From: Eubacterium sp.
GTDB lineage: Bacteria; Bacillota; Clostridia; Oscillospirales; Acutalibacteraceae
Length of the DNA stretch: 64,000 nucleotides
Reading direction: 5' to 3'
NCBI GenBank assembly: GCA_051894075.1
Contig: JBJFHZ010000103.1
Location: 9,549 to 73,548 of the forward strand
This document shows positions 10,342 through 18,668 of this stretch, piece by piece (position 1 is the stretch's first letter; each line of letters begins with the position of its first letter). The notes beneath the pieces are model-generated. The model saw only the letters and a list, made by a program, of their open reading frames with translations, was not told where the DNA came from and ran no database searches. Position numbers and translations under genes: made by a program.

Positions 10342-10387
10342 ATATTACTCCTTACAGAAATTGCAAATAAAAATCTAATACTGCCCG

Positions 10388-11467
10388 TCAGTTAATTATA
10401 ATATTTTCTATATTTAATTTTTGATTTTCTCCCTGTCCGTTTATCGTAATGAGAGTTCCGCCTGTTTCCTCTGCATAATTCCACGGAACAGGCGACGGAC
10501 CTGTTTTAAGTCCGTAGGTATATGTAATTCCGTCATAGGTTATGCTTGCGTTGTTTTCGTGGTCGTGACCGCAGAAAACATATTTTGTTGAACCAAGCTC
10601 CTTGCACTTTTCAATAAATCCCGAATTAACAGGAGATACACCGGGTAAATAAGTACATTTGCCGAATCCATATTCTTCGGGTATTGTATAACTGCCGTCA
10701 TCCTTTGCAATACCGTATTTTTCCACAGCCTCTCTGAATTCGGGCTGTGCAAAATGAGAAAATGTCATTGACGGAACAGTTCTGCCTGCTGATTTTTCAA
10801 TACCCTTGATATTCCATTCATACCAGGCAATCTGCTCGTAGCCCATATAAATCTCTTTTGATTCGCCGTTGTCGTATTTGATATATTCACCGTTGTCAAA
10901 AAGAAAAAGTGAATAAACAGGCTCTCCGTTTTCCGTTATGTTGATAACATAATTACCGCACCCATAGAGATTTGAAGGACCTTTTTCCATAAGGCAGTAT
11001 TCTGATTTCATATACTTATCCGCCTGCCAGTTACGGCTTGTGGTGGGAATTTCGCTGTCATGATTGCCGAAAACAGGTGCCCAGGGAATTTTATAGCTAT
11101 CCATATGCTTAATAAAATTATTTATGGAAAACCTGCTTGCAAGGGCGGAAAGGTTATCGCCCGGCAAAACAATTAAATCAGGCTGTATTTTTTCAACAAG
11201 AGCGTCCATTTGCTCGTAGCATTTTTTATTTTCGGATAGGTCAGACCAAAGCTGTGTATCCGTGAACATTAAGATTTTGAAATCCTCACGGTCCTTTGAA
11301 ACAGTTTGAATTTTTGAAATATCAAATTCGTCCCCTGCACTCCATATCTGCGTATGCTTTTCGCCTGTTAGCGGAAAGAACAGAACACCTGCAACAACTA
11401 AAATAATTACAAGCAATATGCAAATACAGATTTTTACTGCTTTCAGGTTTTTTTGTTTATCAGTCAT
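10388..11467 (-). CDS. Membrane-anchored calcineurin-like metallophosphoesterase
   Basis: FTDTQ, PGD, FGNHD, SH, CGHDH.N motifs; N-terminal TM; RBS AGGAG before MTDKQK. Confidence 0.85.
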   Translation of the reverse strand: MTDKQKNLKAVKICICILLVIILVVAGVLFFPLTGEKHTQIWSAGDEFDISKIQTVSKDREDFKILMFTDTQLWSDLSENKKCYEQMDALVEKIQPDLIVLPGDNLSALASRFSINNFIKHMDSYKIPWAPVFGNHDSEIPTTSRNWQADKYMKSEYCLMEKGPSNLYGCGNYVINITENGEPVYSLFLFDNGEYIKYDNGESKEIYMGYEQIAWYEWNIKGIEKSAGRTVPSMTFSHFAQPEFREAVEKYGIAKDDGSYTIPEEYGFGKCTYLPGVSPVNSGFIEKCKELGSTKYVFCGHDHENNASITYDGITYTYGLKTGPSPVPWNYAEETGGTLITINGQGENQKLNIENIIIN

Positions 11468-11512
11468 TTTTGTTCTCCTATGGTAACGGTAATAATCCGA
11501 AATCATCAAAAA

Positions 11513-12730
11513 TCAATCCGGTATTTCCCCTGCCCATTTAAAGGCATATTTTGCAATCAAAACTGCTATTATTTCATTGATAATGGCCGCCGCCACAATG
11601 GTGCCTGATATAACAGAAGCCGAGGAAGGATCTATTCTGTTTAAGGTTGTAACGGCTATTCCCGTAAATACAAGGGAAACACCCGAATGAGGCAAAAGCG
11701 TCAGGCCGAGATACTTGGTAACGGTGGGCTTTGCCATTGTTATTTTTCCGCCGAGGAATGCACCGCCGATTTTTCCGATTGCACGGGAAATTATATACGT
11801 AGCCGTAAACACACCGGCACCTGCAATAAGCCTGTAATCAAGAGGCATACCGAGATTTGCAATAACTACAACTAACGATAAATTAAGCAAAGGGTTATAC
11901 ATTGACAAAATATTTTTTGTTTTATCCTCGGGTATCATATTAACAACTGTTGCACTGTATGCCATACCAATCAGCAGATAATTAAGGCTGAAGGAATGAT
12001 AAACCTTTAAATCTATCACAAGTCCAACCACTGCCGATAGCATCAAAAATACAATAAATACAATAAAGCAAATAGTCTTTTTCTTAAATTTTTTGATAAT
12101 CAGAGATGAAAGCGCACCATTGATAATTCCTATTATAAACGGAATAATTACTATGCCGATAACCGAAAGAAACGATGTATGTGCTTCACCGCCAAAGCCC
12201 TCTACAATAGAAATTACGGTAAAAAAAACAATCACACCGATTACATCATCAATCGCTGCAAGGGGTATCAGCGTATTTGTAACAGGTCCACGTGTATGGT
12301 ACTCATTTACTATAGACAAAGCAGGAGCAGGTGCTGTCGCAAGAGCAATGCCGCCGAATATAAACGAAAGGTATAAGGGCAATCCCGATATTGACAATAC
12401 AATTGCAAAAACCAAGCTTACAAACAAAAATGTTCCTATGGACTGAATAACGGTTATACCGATAATCTGCTTTCCTGATGATGCAAGCTTTTTCAGTATA
12501 ATCTCTCTGCCAATCATAACACCGGCTATTGCCTCAAAAAATTTAATTGCAATCTTATACCACATTGCATCAGTAATTTCCGTTGTAACGACACCGGCTA
12601 AATACGGCCCGAACACAATGCCTGCAACAAGCCATCCCAATATTGCCGGAAGCTTCAGCTTTGCGGAAAGCTTGCCGCATATGACTGCCGTACAAATAAG
12701 TGCAAAAATTCTTAATACAGAAATAATCAT
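11513..12730 (-). CDS. Cation:proton antiporter (CPA superfamily)
   Basis: About 12 TM helices; KLPAILGWLVAGIVFGP, ATAPA, AAIDD, R.IGK..G. Confidence 0.85.
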   Translation of the reverse strand: MIISVLRIFALICTAVICGKLSAKLKLPAILGWLVAGIVFGPYLAGVVTTEITDAMWYKIAIKFFEAIAGVMIGREIILKKLASSGKQIIGITVIQSIGTFLFVSLVFAIVLSISGLPLYLSFIFGGIALATAPAPALSIVNEYHTRGPVTNTLIPLAAIDDVIGVIVFFTVISIVEGFGGEAHTSFLSVIGIVIIPFIIGIINGALSSLIIKKFKKKTICFIVFIVFLMLSAVVGLVIDLKVYHSFSLNYLLIGMAYSATVVNMIPEDKTKNILSMYNPLLNLSLVVVIANLGMPLDYRLIAGAGVFTATYIISRAIGKIGGAFLGGKITMAKPTVTKYLGLTLLPHSGVSLVFTGIAVTTLNRIDPSSASVISGTIVAAAIINEIIAVLIAKYAFKWAGEIPD

Positions 12731-13221
12731 AATATATTCACCAGCTTTTCTACTATAATATCCGTAGGCGCATTGTAATCTGCCGCTTTTTCAAAGGCGC
12801 CCTCGATAATTGACCTCAGTACCTTTTCTTCCGTTTGAGATTTTGACGGAGCAATTACTGAAAATATTTTTGACCATAAATCATTTTGCAATCTCATAAC
12901 AACGGAATAAATGCTGTCATTCAGCTTATACTTATTAAATATTTCACTGCGAATCATATGTGATGCATCCTGATATATCAAAAGCAGGCGGATTTCTGTA
13001 TTATTTCCTTCATTTTCGATTTTTTTAACATTTGCTAAAGCACGGCTGTAATATTCCTCGTAAATTGCATAAGCCAGTGCTTCCTTGCTTGGAAAAAGCT
13101 TGTATATTGTTTTTTTGGATATTTTTAGCTTTGAAGCGATAGTATCAACAGAAAACTTAAGTCCCTCGGTTCGGAGGCTTTCTATTGCTGTATCTATTAT
13201 TTTTTCTCTCAACGGAAACAA
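12727..13221 (-). CDS. TetR/AcrR family transcriptional regulator
   Basis: REKIID.A......G..FSVD.IA..L.ISKKTIYKLF.SKE.L; true start may be TTG at 13212. Confidence 0.88.
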   Translation of the reverse strand: MFPLREKIIDTAIESLRTEGLKFSVDTIASKLKISKKTIYKLFPSKEALAYAIYEEYYSRALANVKKIENEGNNTEIRLLLIYQDASHMIRSEIFNKYKLNDSIYSVVMRLQNDLWSKIFSVIAPSKSQTEEKVLRSIIEGAFEKAADYNAPTDIIVEKLVNIL

Positions 13222-13242
13222 AACCTTTCGTTTTTTGTTTCC
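13214..13242. promoter_or_regulatory. Inverted repeat GGAAACAAAA...TTTTGTTTCC, candidate TetR operator
   Basis: 10-bp arms overlapping the TetR translation start region. Confidence 0.5.
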
Positions 13243-13446
13243 ATTATATCACAATTCTTAATTTTGTAAACATTAATTATTATATTTAATCATTACTGAT
13301 TTTTCTTTTATCTTAAGCTTAGGGTAAAGCAGGTCTGATTGGCATAAGTACAATTAACAATCCGTAATACAAAAGATTCCATAACGATTCGTTTAAGCTG
13401 TTATAATAATTGAAATAACCTTTTTCTTCTTTTTTATCTAAACTCC

Positions 13447-14808
13447 TTACGGTCTGTATGCACCTGTTTTGCAAACCTCAATGGTTTTGATATACGGCGT
13501 TTTTCTGCTTTGCTCAACTACAAGCTGAAGCCTGTCGGTAACAACGCTTTTATCAAATATTGCAATTTTTGAAAAGCCCACAACTGTTCCTTTATATATA
13601 CATTCTCCGTTTGCGTAAATTTTAAACTCTTCTATACGCTGTGATTTTGTTGTATCCTCACAGAAGCGAATACGGTCTACCGACTGCTTTTCGAACGAAA
13701 TATTCGCAACCATACCGTCATCTGACAGGGTATAACTGCTTTCAATAACACATTCATCCTCGATTTTCAACCAATCGCCTATTTGCTTTAAACGGCGAAC
13801 ATCTCTTTTTGAAAGCTGACCGTTTCTGTTGGGAGGTATATTCAAAATCAGCAGGCAATTACTTCCCACAGAGCCGTAATAAATACTCATAAGTCGGTGA
13901 AGTGACTTAAGCGTTAAAGCCTGTAGCGGATGATAATACCAACCAAGCCTTATCGACACATCGACCTCTGCAGGATACCACATAAACGAATCGTAATTTT
14001 CAAGAAATTCTCTTGAGCCAATATCCTCAATTATAACATCCTGACAGCGTTTTTGAAATTTTTTCATATTATCGTCTGTTTGACAGTTTACAGCAAAGTT
14101 CTGAAGCTCACACTGAAATTTAGGAACAACATTCCATTCGCTTTTTCTTGCTTTTCCGCTTTCATTTCCTACCCACCTGACATCAGGTGCACAGCCTGAC
14201 ATTACAATATTCGGCTGAAGTCTTAAAGCAGTTGACCAAATGCGCTGAAAATCATAATCCTGCTTAGGCTTTCCGTCAGCGTCAGAGCCACAGGCACCGT
14301 CAAGCCATAGCATAAATATCTCACCGTAATTTGTAAGTAATTCTGTAAGCTGCTCTATATAAAAATCATTATACTCAGGTGTGCCGTAAAGAGGGCAATT
14401 TCTGTCCCAAGGAGAAAGATAAACGCCGAATTTCAATCCGTACTTTCTGCAGGAATCCGATAATTCACGGACAACGTCACCCTTCCCGTTTTTATAAGGA
14501 CTGTTACGTATACAATGCTCCGTTGTCTTTGTCTGCCAAAGGCAAAAGCCGTCATGATGCTTACAGGTAAGTACCACGCCCTTCATCCCTGCCGATTTAA
14601 TTGCTTTGCACCATTCATCTGTATTTTGATTTTTTGGGTTAAAAACCTTCGGTGACTCTTTACCCGTTCCCCATTCCCTGTTTGTAAAGGTATTTACAGA
14701 ATAATGCACAAAGGCATAAAATTTCAATTCCTGAATTTTAAGCTGACGTTCATTTGGAACAATTGATGTATACAAGTCAAGTCTGTCATTTGAAATCATT
14801 TTTACCAT
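13447..14808 (-). CDS. Alpha-L-fucosidase (GH29, likely alpha-1,3/4 type)
   Basis: FVHY..NTF..REW, TCKHHDGFCLW, YLSPWDR, LWLDGA, RWVGNESG, WYPAEVDVSIR.GW; C-terminal beta-sandwich. Confidence 0.92.
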   Translation of the reverse strand: MVKMISNDRLDLYTSIVPNERQLKIQELKFYAFVHYSVNTFTNREWGTGKESPKVFNPKNQNTDEWCKAIKSAGMKGVVLTCKHHDGFCLWQTKTTEHCIRNSPYKNGKGDVVRELSDSCRKYGLKFGVYLSPWDRNCPLYGTPEYNDFYIEQLTELLTNYGEIFMLWLDGACGSDADGKPKQDYDFQRIWSTALRLQPNIVMSGCAPDVRWVGNESGKARKSEWNVVPKFQCELQNFAVNCQTDDNMKKFQKRCQDVIIEDIGSREFLENYDSFMWYPAEVDVSIRLGWYYHPLQALTLKSLHRLMSIYYGSVGSNCLLILNIPPNRNGQLSKRDVRRLKQIGDWLKIEDECVIESSYTLSDDGMVANISFEKQSVDRIRFCEDTTKSQRIEEFKIYANGECIYKGTVVGFSKIAIFDKSVVTDRLQLVVEQSRKTPYIKTIEVCKTGAYRP

Positions 14809-14817
14809 TACCTTATA

Positions 14818-15864
14818 TTATCCTAAATCAAGCTTACCCTTGAAGTAGTCGTCTGATTTGATGTACTGCTCGTAATTTTCATTCTGCCATACTTTTATGT
14901 AATCAATTTTAAAATCCTTATTTTCTTTATTATCGGTACTGAACTGACCGATTTTCTGACCGTGAGGTCCGTAGCCGTCACCGCAGTCAATCTCAACGGT
15001 AAATCTCAAAAACTCCTTAACCTTTGAAACCTTACCGCCCTCTGTTGCCCAAGTGGGCTTGCCGTCAATATAGAACACATAATACTCAGGTGTCCATTTA
15101 AGAGCAAAGGTATGGTAGCCGTCATAAAGATTTTGCTCAAGGGGAGTAATGAAATCTTCAACCTTACAGTGCTTTGAATAGCCGTCCCATAAAAGAGCAT
15201 GCCCCATTTTCGATTCCTTACTTCTGCGAAAGGCACTTTCAAAAACGTCAATTTCCGTTCCATCCTCACCTGCGTTGCCGATTTTTCTCTGATTTGATGA
15301 CTGAAGCCAAAAGGCAGACCACATTCCGTCGGAATCGGGAAGCATCACACGGCACTCAAAATAACCGAACGCCTGAGAAAACAGCATTTCATCGTCTGTT
15401 CCCTTATTGTTATTGTTGTCGCCGGAAATTTTACGTGTTTCTATTCCGCCTGTAAATCTGCCTTTTTTAGGACACACACCATCGTCTGTATGGTTTTCGT
15501 CATATCTTGAATGGATTATAACATTTGAGTCCTTGACCTCTACCATTTCGGGACACCACCAGCAAGCCTGCTCCGGCTTTTTTTCGTCGTCGCTTTGATA
15601 GCGTATTGCGTGGGGTGATGTTGTCCAGATTTCTCTGTTTCCTGTATATCTTTCTCCGAATTTTATATTTTGATTTAAGGCATCGCCCTCAAAATCATCC
15701 TCAAAAACGAGATACCAACCGTTTTCATTTAGTACAGGCAACGACAAATCATATTTTTTATTTTCAAGTCCGCTGTCCTCTTTCTTAGAACAGCCGCAAA
15801 TTAAAGCAATACTTAAAACAGCAGCCGCCGCAATAACGGCACAAATAATCCTTTTCATAAACAA
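14818..15864 (-). CDS. GH16 glycoside hydrolase, predicted lipoprotein
   Basis: Lipobox-like LICG-C; W.LVFEDDF, FGYFECR, WSAFWL, catalytic EIDVFE, HTFALKWTP. Confidence 0.88.
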   Translation of the reverse strand: MFMKRIICAVIAAAAVLSIALICGCSKKEDSGLENKKYDLSLPVLNENGWYLVFEDDFEGDALNQNIKFGERYTGNREIWTTSPHAIRYQSDDEKKPEQACWWCPEMVEVKDSNVIIHSRYDENHTDDGVCPKKGRFTGGIETRKISGDNNNNKGTDDEMLFSQAFGYFECRVMLPDSDGMWSAFWLQSSNQRKIGNAGEDGTEIDVFESAFRRSKESKMGHALLWDGYSKHCKVEDFITPLEQNLYDGYHTFALKWTPEYYVFYIDGKPTWATEGGKVSKVKEFLRFTVEIDCGDGYGPHGQKIGQFSTDNKENKDFKIDYIKVWQNENYEQYIKSDDYFKGKLDLG

Positions 15865-15887
15865 TCTCCCTCTCTGTTTATAAATTT

Positions 15888-16598
15888 TTAGACCTTTATT
15901 TTTGAAAGAACCTGACCCACCTTTTCATGTATAACAAGGTCGGCACTGTTATCCATAGGCGTAGCATCACGGTTTATCAGCACGAAATAATCACCGCTGA
16001 AATATCTTATAAATCCTGCCGCAGGATAAACCGTCAGGCTTGTACCTGCAACAATAAGGCAATCCGCATTCATAATAGCATTTACTGCACCGTTTACCGT
16101 ACTGTTATCAAGTCCCTCTTCATAAAGGACTACGTCAGGCTTTATAATACCGCCGCAGTCATCACATTTTGGTACGCCCTTTGAATTCAATATATATTCC
16201 GCATCAAAATACTTATGACAGCGTGTACAGTAATTTCGCAGCACGGAGCCGTGAAGCTCATACACATTTTTACTGCCTGCCTTTTGATGAAGTCCGTCAA
16301 TATTCTGAGTTATCACCGCCGACAGCTTGCCCCTGCTTTCTAATTCTGCAAGCTTTAAATGGGCAGAATTTGGCTTTGCCTCAAGACAAAGCATTTTATC
16401 CCTGTAAAAATCAAAAAACTCCTCGGTATGATTTTCAAAAAATGTATGAGATAAAATTTCTTCCGGAGGGTAATCGTACCTTTGGTTATAAAGTCCGTCA
16501 ACAGAACGAAAATCAGGTATTCCGCTTTCGGTTGAAACACCTGCACCGCCGAAAAACACAATATTTTTACTTGAATCAATAATTTCCTGTAAAGTCAT
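15888..16598 (-). CDS. cobB: NAD-dependent protein deacylase (sirtuin)
   Basis: GAGVSTESGIPDFRS, TQNIDGLHQKAG, ELHGS, two CxxC, GTSL.VYPAA. Confidence 0.95.
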   Translation of the reverse strand: MTLQEIIDSSKNIVFFGGAGVSTESGIPDFRSVDGLYNQRYDYPPEEILSHTFFENHTEEFFDFYRDKMLCLEAKPNSAHLKLAELESRGKLSAVITQNIDGLHQKAGSKNVYELHGSVLRNYCTRCHKYFDAEYILNSKGVPKCDDCGGIIKPDVVLYEEGLDNSTVNGAVNAIMNADCLIVAGTSLTVYPAAGFIRYFSGDYFVLINRDATPMDNSADLVIHEKVGQVLSKIKV

Positions 16599-16613
16599 TT
16601 TACCGCCTCGCCG

Positions 16614-16949
16614 TAAATTAGTATTTATCGAAATAAATAATGTTATTGATACACCGTAGGGACAGGGTTTTCCTGTCCGTATTAATCGGGACGGGCAACC
16701 CGTCCCCTATATTTTTACAGGAACGTCCTTGATATTTTGTAGGGGAGGGGTTCCATCCCCTCCCGCAAAATCAAATTTTCGGGCAGGCACAGAGACCTGC
16801 CCCTACAAAAGTCTATTTTCTTTAGACAGGTAAAATTAGTGGATTTTTTCGTTAGGCAAGGCTTTCACTGTGAAGCTGTACAAAGGTACTGCGAACAGTG
16901 AATAACGCAGCATAACGGAAAAAGACACAATTTGACAAACCCTAATTTA
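16614..16949. repeat. Composite REP-like mosaic element, copy 1
   Basis: Two inverted GTAG-palindrome pairs (16656-16710, 16739-16806) plus a ~130-bp module (16821-16949) repeated at 42534-42663; ends TAAATTAGTATTTATCG and TGACAAACCCTAATTTA. Confidence 0.85.
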
Positions 16950-17044
16950 TATTACAAAACTTTAACCGCTATTTAACATTACATCCCGTTCAATCTTAAT
17001 ATACCTATGATAGCATATAGGCAAATAAAGAAAGGAGATTTACT

Positions 17045-17194
17045 ATGAAAGAAAAAGTTAAGGATATATCGGTGATGGTGCTTGCAGTAATCATTGTCTG
17101 CTCATTTTTAGCAGTATCGGGCTACGCATGCATTACATCAGCACAGGACGAAGATATGCAAAATTCCGTAAAATACTCCTCATTTGCAGAGTAA
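17045..17194 (+). CDS. 49-aa single-TM small protein
   Basis: Strong RBS AAAGGAG; MKEKVKDISVMVLAVIIVCSFLAVSGYACITSAQDEDMQNSVKYSSFAE; too short for the ORF track. Confidence 0.7.
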   Translation: MKEKVKDISVMVLAVIIVCSFLAVSGYACITSAQDEDMQNSVKYSSFAE

Positions 17195-17282
17195 TACACC
17201 TGAAATACAAAAATTATCCCGAACGTTCTTTACTGTCAGATGACGGAAAAGCTTCGTTCTTTTATTTTTTTCAAATCAGAAT

Positions 17283-17320
17283 AAAAACTGCCCATATCAT
17301 ACGATACGGACAGCTTTTTT
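17283..17320. terminator. Probable bidirectional intrinsic terminator
   Basis: Imperfect stem flanked by A and T tracts between convergent genes. Confidence 0.55.
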
Positions 17321-17324
17321 ATTA

Positions 17325-18656
17325 TTAAAACATTTTGCTAAGCTTTGCATAATCCTTAGCATTAATATGACCGTCGCCTGTCACATCAACAACTGAATCA
17401 TAATTACTGTCGCCCGCTTTAGCATTGATTAATGTTTTAAAGCTTACTGTATAGCTATTAGAACATACACTGCAGGAAACAGTTACAATATCACCGTCAA
17501 ATGCAGTTATCGCATAAGTGTGATTATCTCGCCATACGGGATATACGCTCATATCAGCCGTTACATTTTCAAGACTTTCGCTCCAGCTGTCAAGTGCCTT
17601 GCACTGAGGAAATTCAGTGAGCTCAGGCGCAGTTGCCGTTCCTCCTGAGGAAACAAGACTCTTTCCTACCCTTTCGGACAAATCATCGGAGGTGTAGAAA
17701 TTAACCTGATAAAAATCTCTCGTTACATCAATATGAACGCCCATATTTTCACTTGTTTCAAGAAGCGGATAGCAGGTATAATCAATACCGTTTGCTATTT
17801 CGGAAACGTCATACGCTGTAAATTTACTGTAATCAAAGCCTGAGCCGTCTTCATAAACGTCAAGGGAGCAGGAAACAAAATTATCTGCATTAAGACCGCT
17901 GTTAGGAAAATTAACAACAATAGCGTTATCCTGAATTTCCGCAGAAAGAGTTATGTTCTGCTCACCTATCATATAATCGGTAACCTCTCCAAGCAAGGTG
18001 TTTTTGCTCAAATCAAGAGAGGTCAGCATATTTTGGGAGCAGTTAAGTGTTGTCAAATTAGTGTTCTTTGTAAGATTAAGAGATTTGATATTATTCTGGT
18101 CACATCTGAAATCCTCAAGATTAATAAGCTGTGTAACATCAATTTCAGAAAGGCTGTTAGCATAGCAATGAAGCATTTTCAGCTGAACATTTCCGGAAAA
18201 TGACATACTTGTCAAGCTATTGTCAGAGCAGTTAAGAAGCTCAAGCATAGGATTAAATTCAAGAGAAAGCTCCGTAAGATTATTACCCTGACAGGAAAGA
18301 GATGTCAGCTTAAGCAAAACCATTATATCAAGCTTTTCAAGTCCGATACCGCCGCAACGGAGAATCTGAAGATTTGGGAAATTCTCAATTCCCTTTAAAT
18401 CCTTTATTGACTCTGTCTCCTCGTCAATCATACCTGTAACAGACATATACGTTACGTTTCTTTCATCAGTACTAAGATATCCGTCGCCGTTGTCATCGTA
18501 ATTTTCTGAAATTACGCGGCGAAATGTGGCATCGGGAAAATTCGTTTCATTAATCGCCACTAAATCATCGGCATATGCAACAATTCCTGTGAATGAACCT
18601 AACGCAAGCACAAGAGCAAGAAGAGCTGATGAAAGCTTTTTGGAAAAATTTTTCAT
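17325..18656 (-). CDS. Secreted leucine-rich-repeat protein with C-terminal dockerin-like/EF-hand motif
   Basis: Signal peptide; NFPD..FR, LKGIE.F..L..L.C, L..L.C..N.L..LDL repeats; C-terminal DVTGDGHINAKDYAKL. Confidence 0.85.
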   Translation of the reverse strand: MKNFSKKLSSALLALVLALGSFTGIVAYADDLVAINETNFPDATFRRVISENYDDNGDGYLSTDERNVTYMSVTGMIDEETESIKDLKGIENFPNLQILRCGGIGLEKLDIMVLLKLTSLSCQGNNLTELSLEFNPMLELLNCSDNSLTSMSFSGNVQLKMLHCYANSLSEIDVTQLINLEDFRCDQNNIKSLNLTKNTNLTTLNCSQNMLTSLDLSKNTLLGEVTDYMIGEQNITLSAEIQDNAIVVNFPNSGLNADNFVSCSLDVYEDGSGFDYSKFTAYDVSEIANGIDYTCYPLLETSENMGVHIDVTRDFYQVNFYTSDDLSERVGKSLVSSGGTATAPELTEFPQCKALDSWSESLENVTADMSVYPVWRDNHTYAITAFDGDIVTVSCSVCSNSYTVSFKTLINAKAGDSNYDSVVDVTGDGHINAKDYAKLSKMF

Positions 18657-18668
18657 AATTCAGCCTCC

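Noticed and set aside
15888-16598. Sirtuin as an anti-phage SIR2 effector
   Set aside because: Ordinary 236-aa CobB with zinc-binding insert and no defence partner genes
17128-17328. 66-aa ORF from the track
   Set aside because: No RBS and it runs through the terminator; the overlapping 17045-17194 frame has a strong RBS and a coherent TM helix
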